Assembly: GCA_964480775.1 (NCBI GenBank)
Contig: CAYZRF010000001.1
Location: 88,201-120,200 of the forward strand
Source of the DNA: an uncultured Nitrososphaerota archaeon
Lineage (GTDB): Archaea; Korarchaeota; Korarchaeia; Korarchaeales; Korarchaeaceae
Direction: 5' to 3'
Length of the DNA: 32,000 bases
This document shows positions 17,721 through 26,727 of the stretch, one piece after another. The position numbers and the translations under genes were made by a program. Within the stretch, counting starts at the first letter, position 1, and the number at the start of each line of letters is the position of its first letter. The notes under the pieces are model-generated. The model did no database searches, had not been told where the DNA came from, and was given only the letters and a program-made list of their open reading frames with translations.

Positions 17721-17765
17721 CCTGGGATGACAGCAAACGACGAAGAACTTTCATCCTAGGTTTTT
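17721..17765 (+). promoter_or_regulatory. Stem-loop plus T5 tract in the putative 5' leader of the DUF3795 gene
   Basis: CCTGGGATGA (17721-17730) pairs with TCATCCTAGG (17751-17760): 10 bp with one G-U and a 20-nt loop. It is followed immediately by TTTTT (17761-17765), then GGGAGGTAG and the ATG at 17786. A TATA-like TTATTTTTAAG lies at ~17676-17686. Confidence 0.3.
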
Positions 17766-17785
17766 GGGAAGGGAGGTAGCTTTGA

Positions 17786-18070
17786 ATGATCGCTGCATGC
17801 GGTACAGATTGTAGGACATGCATTATGAAAGAAAGAGAAATTTGTGAAGGATGCGGGCCAGGAAATTCGAAATGGGCTCAAAATAGACTTAAAATGCTTG
17901 AAAAGCGAGGAAAAACCTGCCCAGTATTAGAATGTGCAGTGAAGAGAGGCGTAGCTCGTTGTGACACCGATTGCGAGTCATATCCTTGTAGAATCCACCG
18001 AGAAATCTTTCCATATTCTCAAGAGTACGTCGACTTGATGAGGGAAAAGATGAGACATACCCGAGTTTAG
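17786..18070 (+). CDS. DUF3795-like cysteine-rich protein
   Basis: 94 aa. CGTDCRTC...CEGCG...CPVLEC...CDTDCESYPC matches the DUF3795 pattern as I recall it. Strong SD (GGGAGGTAG). Confidence 0.6.
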   Translation: MIAACGTDCRTCIMKEREICEGCGPGNSKWAQNRLKMLEKRGKTCPVLECAVKRGVARCDTDCESYPCRIHREIFPYSQEYVDLMREKMRHTRV

Positions 18071-18124
18071 GTGAGGTAGAGTACTTGTTTATATCCTCTT
18101 CCTGCTCAAAATGATGGATGGATC

Positions 18125-18571
18125 ATGGTAGATGATAACAGCCTTACATCGATTGCAAGGGAGAATCCAAATGAATTTATCTTGTTGGCGGTAGCTCTAT
18201 CCTTGAAAAATACATGGGGACCTACAGCCAACGTTGCTCTCTATAGTTCGGGCAAAGAATTGGGAAAATCTTTGAAATTGAGCTTTGAGAAGGTTGACAA
18301 TCTAGAAGAAGCCTTCAAAGAAGTCGAAAAAGCCCTGGATAATGCATGGAAGGGTAGGCTGGAGGGAGATAAGCTGATATTTGAGAAATGTTCTCTTAGA
18401 GAACTCTACAAAAAAGGTGGTGTTGAAACAAACGACCCACTACCCATCTGTTACTTTCACATGGGGTTCTTTGCAGGTCTATTAGAGAGGATATTGGGTA
18501 AGAAAGTGAATCTGAAGTTGCTGTCAAGAGGCCCTCTCTCTTGCGTAGAACAGGTGATAATTGAAAAATAA
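18125..18571 (+). CDS. V4R-like domain protein (degenerate)
   Basis: 148 aa. The C-terminal ICYFHMGFFAGLLERILGKKVNLKLLSRGPLSCVEQV keeps the C.f..G...G core of V4R but lacks the E..C element. Confidence 0.45.
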   Translation: MVDDNSLTSIARENPNEFILLAVALSLKNTWGPTANVALYSSGKELGKSLKLSFEKVDNLEEAFKEVEKALDNAWKGRLEGDKLIFEKCSLRELYKKGGVETNDPLPICYFHMGFFAGLLERILGKKVNLKLLSRGPLSCVEQVIIEK

Positions 18572-18609
18572 CCTCTCTAAAGAAGTGAAAGGATTTGAAT
18601 AGCAACCTT

Positions 18610-19287
18610 ATGATAGATATAACACCAAAGGTCCTTTCATTAGGGGTTAGGATCGTTTATGCAATCATAAAAGATGTATCGATTTCCAAGGGAAGTTTAG
18701 ATATTGAAGAGCATCTTTCAGAAGTTATGTCTGAAATTAAAGAGAAATACGAACTAGAATCTCTGAAGGAAAACCCCATCATAAGAGCTTATAGGGACTT
18801 CTTTTGGAGAATAGGGATAGATCCAACCAAAACTAGGCCAAGTTCGGAGGCTTTGATAAGAAGGATCTTACGGGGTAAGCCCATACCACGGATAAATAAT
18901 GTCGTTGACAGTGGAAATATAGCAAGCATAACCACCCTTGTTCCTATAGGTCTATATGATGCTGAAAGAATAGAAGGTAGCCTTTCTCTAAGGACTGCCA
19001 AAAAAGGAGAAAAATTCGAGCCAATAGGATCTAAAGAGGAGAAGTTAACTGGAAAAGAGCTGGTACTTGCAGATGAGAAGAAAGTAATTCATCTCTACCC
19101 TCATAGAGATTCGGAAAGAACAAAAATAGACGGAAAAACCAAAATAGTGCTTGTCGTAGCATGTGGTGTTCCTAAAGTTGATTCAAATCTTCTTATGAAA
19201 GCCACAAGGCTAACGTTAGAGCTAATTGCTAAGTTTGCTGGAGGAAAAGTTACCAAAGAACCAACACTGCTCCCAAAACAACTCTAA
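18610..19287 (+). CDS. Stand-alone B3/B4 tRNA-binding domain protein (COG3382-like)
   Basis: IRAYRDFFWRIGIDPTKTRPSSEALIRRILRGKPIPRINNVVDSGNIASITTLVPIGLYD is the characteristic solo B3/B4 (PheRS-beta-like) pattern. Start set to ATG 18610 rather than TTG 18595. Confidence 0.7.
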   Translation: MIDITPKVLSLGVRIVYAIIKDVSISKGSLDIEEHLSEVMSEIKEKYELESLKENPIIRAYRDFFWRIGIDPTKTRPSSEALIRRILRGKPIPRINNVVDSGNIASITTLVPIGLYDAERIEGSLSLRTAKKGEKFEPIGSKEEKLTGKELVLADEKKVIHLYPHRDSERTKIDGKTKIVLVVACGVPKVDSNLLMKATRLTLELIAKFAGGKVTKEPTLLPKQL

Positions 19288-19383
19288 ACCCAAGAAAAAG
19301 TCTAAAGAATTCAAAACAAACCCGTTACTTCTTTTATTTCGAAAACAGACAACTTTTTCCGATCTATCAGTACGAAAGAAGGG

Positions 19384-20463
19384 ATGAACTCCAGAGAATT
19401 AGTTGAAATGGCATACAGTGGACAAGAGCCTCAAAGAGTACCAGTGCATTTTGAGACCGTTGAGAAACACCAAGAAGTAACCTTGGGGGATGTGCTTCTG
19501 GGTCACGCTTGGGTTCCTATGTGGGGCTTATTCTTTGACGAAGGAGGTCCGTTTAAAAGAGATAGAAAGGATCTAGCAAGATGGGCTGTAGAGCTAGACA
19601 TTGAAGAAGGCTATGACTGGCCCTCTCTTGATGAGGTGGTTCAGGAAACCTTACAGGAATTTAGAGAGTCGATCAAAAACTTCATAGATTTGAATAAATT
19701 TATTGTGTTTGAGGTCATAGGCCCTACTGAGCAGAGTGAATACTTTCTCTGTCCACCTAAACCACCAAGTGGCTTTGATTTAGAGCTTGCATATCATACA
19801 TTTGATTTCGGGGTTTTAACTGTAATAGACAAGGAAAAAGCCAAACAACTCTATGATAGGATAGCAAACTATGTTCTTGAGTTAATTAAGGCTGGTACTG
19901 AAATAGAGTGGGTTGATGCTGTTAGGGTGGCAGACGACGCGTTTACTTACAGTGGTCCCATCTATCCAGATTGGTTTATGGACAAGCTCTACATGCCTTG
20001 GCACAAGAAATTTACGGGACATATACATAAGAAAGGCAAGTACGCGATACTACATACTGATGGAAATGTTTCTGCACATGATCACATAAAAACCCTCTCA
20101 GAGATATACGATGGTTTGCACCCGTTGGATCTGGCTAAGAAGGGTACTGTTTTGGATGCAATGCACTGGATAAATGATGTTGTCAAAGCAAGGACGTCGC
20201 TTGAAAGGAATATGGTGTTTCATACGGGCATACCCATAGATCTAATGATGTTGGATGAAGTTTCTGCATTGGATGTTCTGCGAGTGGTTTCTACTTTCTT
20301 GAATAAACATGGGAGAAAAAATCTGGTTCTTAGCGTAACCCATAGGCCATATCCAAAAAGAAATTTTCTTGAGGATCTGGTGTTTGAAAAGGTAAGAGCA
20401 ATCAGGAGGCTTGTTGGATTACCAGATATAGACGCAAAAGAACTAACACTTTCTGAGGAATAA
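19384..20463 (+). CDS. Uroporphyrinogen decarboxylase (URO-D)/MtaA-like family protein
   Basis: N-terminal LVEMAYSGQEPQRVPVHF resembles the URO-D family opening (..g...DRvPv). AILHTDGNV...DGLHPLD resembles the H.CGn...d.l.p.d core. A weak call made by eye. Confidence 0.4.
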   Translation: MNSRELVEMAYSGQEPQRVPVHFETVEKHQEVTLGDVLLGHAWVPMWGLFFDEGGPFKRDRKDLARWAVELDIEEGYDWPSLDEVVQETLQEFRESIKNFIDLNKFIVFEVIGPTEQSEYFLCPPKPPSGFDLELAYHTFDFGVLTVIDKEKAKQLYDRIANYVLELIKAGTEIEWVDAVRVADDAFTYSGPIYPDWFMDKLYMPWHKKFTGHIHKKGKYAILHTDGNVSAHDHIKTLSEIYDGLHPLDLAKKGTVLDAMHWINDVVKARTSLERNMVFHTGIPIDLMMLDEVSALDVLRVVSTFLNKHGRKNLVLSVTHRPYPKRNFLEDLVFEKVRAIRRLVGLPDIDAKELTLSEE

Positions 20464-20601
20464 TCTGGATAGATTATCAAAGATTTTTGATCTACACTCA
20501 AGATCTCGAGAAATTAATTAGGTTTCTCGCCAAACAAACCTTTGGAGAAGGAACAATAAATTAGAGTCTCACATTGCTAGTTATAATGAAGAACAAAAGG
20601 C

Positions 20602-20609
20602 TTATAATG
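20602..20609 (+). promoter_or_regulatory. TATA-like box for tRNA-Thr
   Basis: TTATAATG centred ~27 nt upstream of tRNA position 1. The nonamer TTATAATGA is duplicated at 20581-20589. Confidence 0.4.
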
Positions 20610-20632
20610 ATGGAAATATCAGAAGTGATCAT

Positions 20633-20708
20633 GCCCCGGTAGCTCAGCTGGCAGAGCAGCGGTCTTGTAAACCGCAGGTCGCGGGTTCGAGTCCCGCCCG
20701 GGGCTCCA
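20633..20708 (+). tRNA. tRNA-Thr (anticodon TGT) with genomically encoded CCA
   Basis: Cloverleaf folded by hand. Acceptor GCCCCGG/CCGGGGC, D stem GCTC/GAGC, anticodon stem GCGGT/ACCGC with loop CTTGTAA (anticodon at 20666-20668), 5-nt variable loop, T stem GCGGG/CCCGC with loop TTCGAGT, discriminator T, then CCA at 20706-20708. Confidence 0.93.
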
Positions 20709-20727
20709 TAATCTTACCTTTCAAATT

Positions 20728-22905
20728 TTAAGACCTTTTAATCGCGAAGTAATTTGTCTTACCACATTTAGAGCATTGAATATACGTGCCAAACCTTCCA
20801 CTCTTTACAACAGCAACACTACCACACTCTCTGCACTTTAAAGGTGAATCCTGACAGTTTCCTAGACACCTTACATACTTCAAACTTCTTCCCGACTTTG
20901 TCCTAACGCTTCCTGAGACCAATGGAAGACCACAAGAACAATTTTCGTCCAATACTTCTTCCCGTAGAAAGAGATTAAAGGTAACTGAGCAATTAGGATA
21001 GGATGAGCAGGCCACAAACCTACCATAGCGACCCCGCTTTATCACTAAATCCCCGCCGCATTTAGGGCATTTACCAACCAATTTTGCTCTCATCCTGTGC
21101 TTCTTCAGCCCTTCTGCTATTTCTCTACCTATTTCTTCCTCGTTCTTCTTGAACTCCCACATTATCTTCTTTAATGTATCCAGAGATGAACTTATGAACT
21201 TTGAATGATCCAGTTCCCCAAACTCTATAGATTTCATGGCCTTATCAAGCTGTGAAGTAAATTCAGGGTCGACTATCTCAGGGACATGTTTTCTCAAGAC
21301 ATTAACGACAACTTCTCCTAGGGGGGTGACCACGAAACTCTTACCTTCAACATACCCTCTTTCTTTTAATATGTCCAATATTTGAGCTCTGGTGTTTTTG
21401 GTGCCCAACCCAAGTTTTTCCATCTTCTTAATCAAAGAGCGGGGCGTATAACGTTTAGGAGGTTGTGTTTGCTTTTCTTCAATCTTAACTTCTAAACAGA
21501 GCAAAGAATCTCCGTCTTGAACTGGGGGAAGAATAACCTCTTTCTCGGCTAAATAGGGATAGACATTTCTCCAACCTCTTTCTAGAATCGCCTTACCCGT
21601 TGCTCTGAAGGGATGACCTTTCACGTCGATGTCAATCCTTGTTCTCAAATCCTTACCATCTGGGGAAAGCGTGGCTAAGACTCTTCTAGCAATGACCTCA
21701 TAAACTTGCCTGTGTTTCTTAGTTGGAAAATCCTCAGGAGATTTGGGTGCTCCTGTAATATGGATGCAAGGATGAGCTGGATCCTCTTTTTTCCCTTCAA
21801 TAGGTTTGTCTCTCATGTTGGCTAATACCCACTCAGCCTCATCCCTCAAAGGAGGATAGGATTGAATTATCTTGACCATCTGGACGAAATCCTTCTTGCT
21901 CCACCCTTTGGGGTATTTTTCGCTCTCAGTACCAATGTACGAGATGTATCCTGCTTCATAAAGCTGCTGAGCTATACCTCTCCTTCTGTCTGCAAGTGCT
22001 CTTGGAGAGAGGCCTGTTATTGTGCTTACTTCAACTTGCATTGAGGTGCCGTTAAATGGGGCTGGAGGTCTTACTACGGTCTCTCTTGACTTTACTGAAG
22101 CAACACCTTTCTTTCCCTCACAATCTTCCTTTATCTTTTGAGCAAATTCTTTGCTATCAATCCTCTCTTTACCGGGAGGAGGAAGAGCTTTAGCTTCAAA
22201 ATTCCCCGTTTCATGCTCAAAAATCCCTATAACACTATAGTATGTCTCAGGAATGAAATTTCTAATTTCTCTTTCTCTATCTACCAAAATGGACAATGTT
22301 GGGCTCTGAACCCTTCCACCACTCAATACCTTTACCCCTGTGTGTTTTCTGGTAGAAATCGTCAGAGCTCTAGTTACGTTTGCACCCCACTCAAGGTCAA
22401 CCACTTGCCTAGAGAATCCAGCAAGAGCCCTCGGTCTATCAAAAGGCTTTAACTTTTGAAATGCTTCTTTTATCTCCCTAGGAGTAAGTGCTGAAAACTC
22501 CATTCTCCTAACATCCTTTTTTCCCTCCCATCCCAACACCTTAAGTATCTCAAGAGCTATTGCAGAGCCCTCTGTATCCAAATCGGTTGCTATAACCACT
22601 AGATCAGCATCCTGTCCCATTTGCTTTATGGCTTGAAGGTATTTTCCTTTGCCTCTAATCTTTCTATATATGAGGTCATTCGGTTCCATGATTATGGGAT
22701 AAAACCACTCTTTCCCAGGAAAATCAAGTTCCACAACGTGTCCGGAAGCAGGAACAACGAAACACTCATCGCTATTTGAGGTAAAACTATATGTCTCCAC
22801 TTTTCCAACCTTAACTTTCTTAATTTTTCCTTCAGAGAGGATTTTAGCTATCCTTTCAGCGACCCTAGGTTTTTCGGTAATTATTATGACCTTCAACCCA
22901 GGCAC
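20728..22905 (-). CDS. Type IA DNA topoisomerase (Topo III/TopA-like) with three C-terminal zinc ribbons
   Basis: Toprim IIITEKPRVAERIA and VIATDLDTEGSAIA, then GGRVQSPTL, then active-site region LYEAGYISYIGTES. C-terminal KCPKCGG...CSSYPNC, CSCG...CLGNC and KCRECG...CSKCG. GTG start. Confidence 0.85.
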   Translation of the reverse strand: MPGLKVIIITEKPRVAERIAKILSEGKIKKVKVGKVETYSFTSNSDECFVVPASGHVVELDFPGKEWFYPIIMEPNDLIYRKIRGKGKYLQAIKQMGQDADLVVIATDLDTEGSAIALEILKVLGWEGKKDVRRMEFSALTPREIKEAFQKLKPFDRPRALAGFSRQVVDLEWGANVTRALTISTRKHTGVKVLSGGRVQSPTLSILVDREREIRNFIPETYYSVIGIFEHETGNFEAKALPPPGKERIDSKEFAQKIKEDCEGKKGVASVKSRETVVRPPAPFNGTSMQVEVSTITGLSPRALADRRRGIAQQLYEAGYISYIGTESEKYPKGWSKKDFVQMVKIIQSYPPLRDEAEWVLANMRDKPIEGKKEDPAHPCIHITGAPKSPEDFPTKKHRQVYEVIARRVLATLSPDGKDLRTRIDIDVKGHPFRATGKAILERGWRNVYPYLAEKEVILPPVQDGDSLLCLEVKIEEKQTQPPKRYTPRSLIKKMEKLGLGTKNTRAQILDILKERGYVEGKSFVVTPLGEVVVNVLRKHVPEIVDPEFTSQLDKAMKSIEFGELDHSKFISSSLDTLKKIMWEFKKNEEEIGREIAEGLKKHRMRAKLVGKCPKCGGDLVIKRGRYGRFVACSSYPNCSVTFNLFLREEVLDENCSCGLPLVSGSVRTKSGRSLKYVRCLGNCQDSPLKCRECGSVAVVKSGRFGTYIQCSKCGKTNYFAIKRS

Positions 22906-23026
22906 CTTATTTGAGGTGGCTAAAAGGTGCTGATCACTTAAGGGCCTTGTTGGGTAATTCAGAAAAACCCCTCCTGTTCCACTAACCCTTTCGGAGTTTG
23001 TGTGTAGAGTGGTTTAGATCGATCAC

Positions 23027-24244
23027 TTAAATCTTTACTTTAATACCGTGTTCTTCCTCTGCATTTCTAAATAACATGTAAAAGGCAGCTATATAGACGA
23101 AATAAATTCCGGAAGTCATGTACAAGGGTACATCCAGACCAACGTTTTCCATAACATAGCCACCTATTTGCTGTGAGAAAGAATTCGGTAGACTCCTTGC
23201 TAAATGAGTTATTGAGGTTATAGAAGCTCTCTCATCCTCTGGACTTAGCCTCATCAAGAGAGCAGAGATTAAGGGATGTGACATGTTCATCAAAATAGTT
23301 CTTGGTATGTAAAGGCTTGCAGCCACGTAGAAACTAGGCGAGAAGGGAATAAGAATCAATAAAGGAATAGAAACACCCGAAGGTATCAATATCCCCTTTA
23401 TAATTCCCATCTTCTGGGCGAGGGGAGCACTAGCAAGAAAAGCAGGAGCACCTATTACGCTAGAAATAGCATATAGTGTGCCTATGGGGCCAGACTCTAC
23501 CCCAAACTTGACGCTAAAGAAGTAAGGAAGTAAGGGGATAGAGAGGCCCGCTCCAAATCCCACTATGGCGTTCACAAAGGAGAACTTAGCTGCGATTGTT
23601 CCTGCTTTAAATTTGAAAATCGGCCTAGAAACAGGCTTAAATCTTTCTTTAACCAGAATTATTGGAACTAAAGATATGAAACCCATTAGCAAAGGGAAGA
23701 CCAAGGAGCACCTGTAGGCTCCGAAGTATCCTAAGGAGCTATAGCGAACTATCAGTTCAGGAACCCAGCCCAATAGACTCCCCAAAGCCATAGCTATATT
23801 TCCCAAAAATGCACTCAGTCCATATCCTGCCTCCATTCCGGCCTCTTCTATGGTTTCCGCAAAAAGAGCATTCCATGCGGGAGCAACTATGGCTCCAGAA
23901 ATTCCACTGAGCAAGGCAGATGCTGTTATCACATAGAGAGAGGTTGACATTAAAATGATTAATGTGGAAAGAGATCCAATGAGAGATCCAACCACCGTCT
24001 GTTTCTTCCTACTCATCCTATCAGCAAGCATTCCAAAGGGAAAGATGAGAGCGGTTGTAGTAATTCCTTGCAAGAAAGAATAATACCCGATGACGGTGGC
24101 TCTATATCCAGCCTGCTTCAAGAAAAGCTGCCAAATGGATCCATACAGACCCCAAGAAATCCCAGACATAGTAGAAGCGATTAGTAATAGCCTCGCATCT
24201 CTTCCCAGTCGTGCGTAGGCTGAGAAGTACTTCTTAATTGCCAT
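23027..24244 (-). CDS. MFS transporter
   Basis: 405 aa with ~12 hydrophobic segments. MFS motif A-like GMLADRMSRKK after TM2. SD GGAGGAG 9 nt upstream of the ATG. Confidence 0.8.
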   Translation of the reverse strand: MAIKKYFSAYARLGRDARLLLIASTMSGISWGLYGSIWQLFLKQAGYRATVIGYYSFLQGITTTALIFPFGMLADRMSRKKQTVVGSLIGSLSTLIILMSTSLYVITASALLSGISGAIVAPAWNALFAETIEEAGMEAGYGLSAFLGNIAMALGSLLGWVPELIVRYSSLGYFGAYRCSLVFPLLMGFISLVPIILVKERFKPVSRPIFKFKAGTIAAKFSFVNAIVGFGAGLSIPLLPYFFSVKFGVESGPIGTLYAISSVIGAPAFLASAPLAQKMGIIKGILIPSGVSIPLLILIPFSPSFYVAASLYIPRTILMNMSHPLISALLMRLSPEDERASITSITHLARSLPNSFSQQIGGYVMENVGLDVPLYMTSGIYFVYIAAFYMLFRNAEEEHGIKVKI

Positions 24245-24469
24245 ACTAATGACTCCTCCTGCTTTCGCAACTTGGTGTTTTCATCCGATCCAAAGATCTC
24301 ATTATATATAAACAAAACTCCCTAATTCTTAAATTATTGGATAACTTCATCATCCAAGTTTCAGGTTGCATAGATAAGTCTAGGGAAATAGCTTAATTTA
24401 TGGAGATCTAAGGAAATACATGAGAACAATTATTCTGATCAATGCTAGTACAATATATTCAATCAAATT

Positions 24470-24832
24470 TTAGGATCCAACTAAGATCAGGCCAAAGCCA
24501 AGTAACATGCTTACTATTATTCCAATTATGAATGCGAGCACTGCTATCGCAATGGATTGAAACCATCCGATGCTAAACCAAGATTTAATTAACCATATCC
24601 AAGCCAAAAGCCCTATTAACCATCCAATGGGGGGAATCAACGACAACAGCGATGTAAGCACAGCTCCGATTAAGGCGAGCATTAGTACAGACAGAAAACT
24701 TCTTTCTTTGTCCTTTGGTAATACTACAATTTGGGATATCCAAAGCACAATGGCATTTATGATTAAGCCGATAACAAACCTGATTAATACCCGGCCAAAA
24801 CCGAACAATAGTTCAACCATAACCTTATTCAT
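24470..24832 (-). CDS. Small 4-TM membrane protein (possibly YvlD/PF04020-like)
   Basis: 120 aa, four hydrophobic helices. LIRFVIGLIINAIVLWISQIV resembles the N-terminal LINA motif of that family. A weak call. Confidence 0.45.
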   Translation of the reverse strand: MNKVMVELLFGFGRVLIRFVIGLIINAIVLWISQIVVLPKDKERSFLSVLMLALIGAVLTSLLSLIPPIGWLIGLLAWIWLIKSWFSIGWFQSIAIAVLAFIIGIIVSMLLGFGLILVGS

Positions 24833-24887
24833 TAGGTGCTACTTATAAATGGTTCGAAGATTTTATGATGTTTTATCTTAGTTCACC

Positions 24888-25637
24888 TTATTCCTCCAGT
24901 ATCAAGATAGTTTCTAAAGCAGTTTTTATGGCCCGTTTAACGGCTAAATTCCGTCTAGGATCTTCTTCTTCAAAGACACCTTCTCGGGTGCTGAGATTTG
25001 CGACAACACCGAGTATAGTGCCTGCTTCTAGGCCTCTTAGGTGAGAGACTATGAAGATGGCCGAACTTTCCATATCTAAACTTGTTATTCCGAAATCTCT
25101 AAGTTCTGAAAGGAATTCAGGACTTTCTGCATAGAAAGAATCATCAGTGCTTATAATACCGATGTGATGCTTGTAGCCCAATTTTTCGCAGGCTTGAACG
25201 AGGGCTTTAAGAACCCTGAAACTAGGAACCGCTGGAAATCCATCAGGAACATAATAATAGGAGGTACCTTCATTTCTCATAGCTCCTTTTGGTACGACCA
25301 AATCTCCAGGCTTAACCTCTGGTTGTATGCCTGCGGAGGTTCCCACCCTTATGAACACCTTAGCTCCAACATTTGCAAGTTCTTCGACAGCTATGGCAGC
25401 TGAAGGACACCCAATCCCTGTAGAAGTAGCAGAAACTAAAACTCCCTTATATTCCCCCGTATAAGTTAAGAACTCCCTGTTTCTTGCGACCTCCCTTGCG
25501 TTATCTAAGAATTCGGCTATCTTAATCACCCTACCCGGATCACCTGGAAGTAGAACGTACTTTGCTACGTCTCCGGGTTTCACCTTGAGGTGGTATTGTA
25601 GCTTCCCCTTAGAAACCTCTCTTTTATCGACTGACAC
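24888..25637 (-). CDS. udp: Uridine phosphorylase-like nucleoside phosphorylase (PNP_UDP_1 family)
   Basis: LLPGDPGR, STGIGCPSAAIAVEEL, RVGTSAGIQP and DMESSAIF align closely by eye with E. coli Udp (STGIGGPSTSIAVEEL, RIGTTGAIQP, EMESATL). GTG start preceded by GGTGA. Confidence 0.8.
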   Translation of the reverse strand: MSVDKREVSKGKLQYHLKVKPGDVAKYVLLPGDPGRVIKIAEFLDNAREVARNREFLTYTGEYKGVLVSATSTGIGCPSAAIAVEELANVGAKVFIRVGTSAGIQPEVKPGDLVVPKGAMRNEGTSYYYVPDGFPAVPSFRVLKALVQACEKLGYKHHIGIISTDDSFYAESPEFLSELRDFGITSLDMESSAIFIVSHLRGLEAGTILGVVANLSTREGVFEEEDPRRNLAVKRAIKTALETILILEE

Positions 25638-25815
25638 AAAATCACCATCGTTATCTAGAGCTCATTACCCTTAAAATTAACAACCAAAAGGATAGACAGC
25701 ATCGATATACCTAAGCAAAAAGAAAGCTGCCCTTTCACCTCATCTTGAAGAATGGTGAAGTTACTTCAAAGAAAAATCATTTAAAATATGGTGTAAGGTT
25801 TACCTTTGCATCTAA

Positions 25816-26712
25816 ATGAATGAGAAGACTGACAAGACTTTGAAAGCTTCTAAGCTTGTTTTCATGGTAGTTATAGGATCTTTATTCGTCACATTCTTGG
25901 CACTATCTTACTTGATTGGCTTTTTCCTTCTTATATTGGCGTTAGCGCCAGGCTTTTTCCTGATGCTATATTTCTACACTAGAGACAAGTATGAGCCTGA
26001 GCCTAGAAGTCTTATAATTAAGATATTCATTTTAGGAATTCTAATCTCAATTCCAGCAGCAATCCTAGAGTTAATCATAGTATCTGAAGATGAAAGCCTC
26101 TTCAGATTAATCCTAGATTACTTCATAGGAATAGCTCTTGTAGAAGAACTCTTCAAATTCTCAGTCTTTTATTTAGGAGCCTATAGAAAATCGGAGTTTG
26201 ACGAACCAATGGATGGAATAGTTTACTCAGTAGCAGCAGCCTTAGGATTCGCGACCATCGAAAATGTGCTTTATGTTGCAATGGGTGGAATTGTTGTTGC
26301 CTTATTGCGAGCAGTCTTGTCGGTACCTGGTCATGCCCTCTTTGGCGCAAGCATGGGATACTACTCGGGGCTTGCCAAATTCAATCAAAACAAAGAGAAC
26401 AGACTCCTCGCTAAAGGAATTCTGCTAGCAACTATATATCACGGACTATATGATTTATGCGTCACGATAGAACCCTTTCTCTTATTTTTGGTGGTAATTC
26501 CTATGATGATTTGGCTAGTTATTAGCGTCAGAAGAAGCATTATAGTCGCTTTAGAGCTTTCACCACACAAACCCATAAGCCAGACTAGAGTTGAACGATT
26601 ACTAGCAAAGTTGGAGGAATCTTACAGAGAAGGAAGGATTAGTAAGGAGACCTACGAAGAACTAAAAAGAAAATTAAATCTAAGGTTGGCTACAAATGAC
26701 TTATTAGGATAA
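25816..26712 (+). CDS. PrsW-family intramembrane metalloprotease with SHOCT-like C-terminal tail
   Basis: YFYTRDKYEPEP, VEELFKF (EExxK), GHALFGASMGY and HGLYD are the PrsW signatures. The tail LLAKLEESYREGRISKETYEELKRKL resembles SHOCT. TATA-like TTTAAAATA ~30 nt upstream. Confidence 0.75.
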   Translation: MNEKTDKTLKASKLVFMVVIGSLFVTFLALSYLIGFFLLILALAPGFFLMLYFYTRDKYEPEPRSLIIKIFILGILISIPAAILELIIVSEDESLFRLILDYFIGIALVEELFKFSVFYLGAYRKSEFDEPMDGIVYSVAAALGFATIENVLYVAMGGIVVALLRAVLSVPGHALFGASMGYYSGLAKFNQNKENRLLAKGILLATIYHGLYDLCVTIEPFLLFLVVIPMMIWLVISVRRSIIVALELSPHKPISQTRVERLLAKLEESYREGRISKETYEELKRKLNLRLATNDLLG

Positions 26713-26727
26713 GCTATTCTCAAACAC

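Noticed and set aside
20587-20643. Mini-ORF (ATGAAGAAC...) upstream of and running into the tRNA
   Set aside because: It is only 18 codons and terminates inside the tRNA acceptor/D region. It overlaps the promoter boxes, so it is almost certainly non-coding.
20464-20727. Possible integrated element or att site at the tRNA-Thr gene
   Set aside because: There is no integrase. I found no direct repeat of the tRNA 3' half in the window. The flanking genes (a URO-D-like gene and a topoisomerase) are housekeeping-like.
24337-24343. Perfect C-box-like ATGATGA (minus strand) in the 225-nt intergenic region, a possible C/D box sRNA
   Set aside because: There is no CTGA D box, C'/D' pair or terminal stem within the ~50-70 nt expected. 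The region is better explained as the MFS promoter and leader (TTTATATATA box and GGAGGAG SD).
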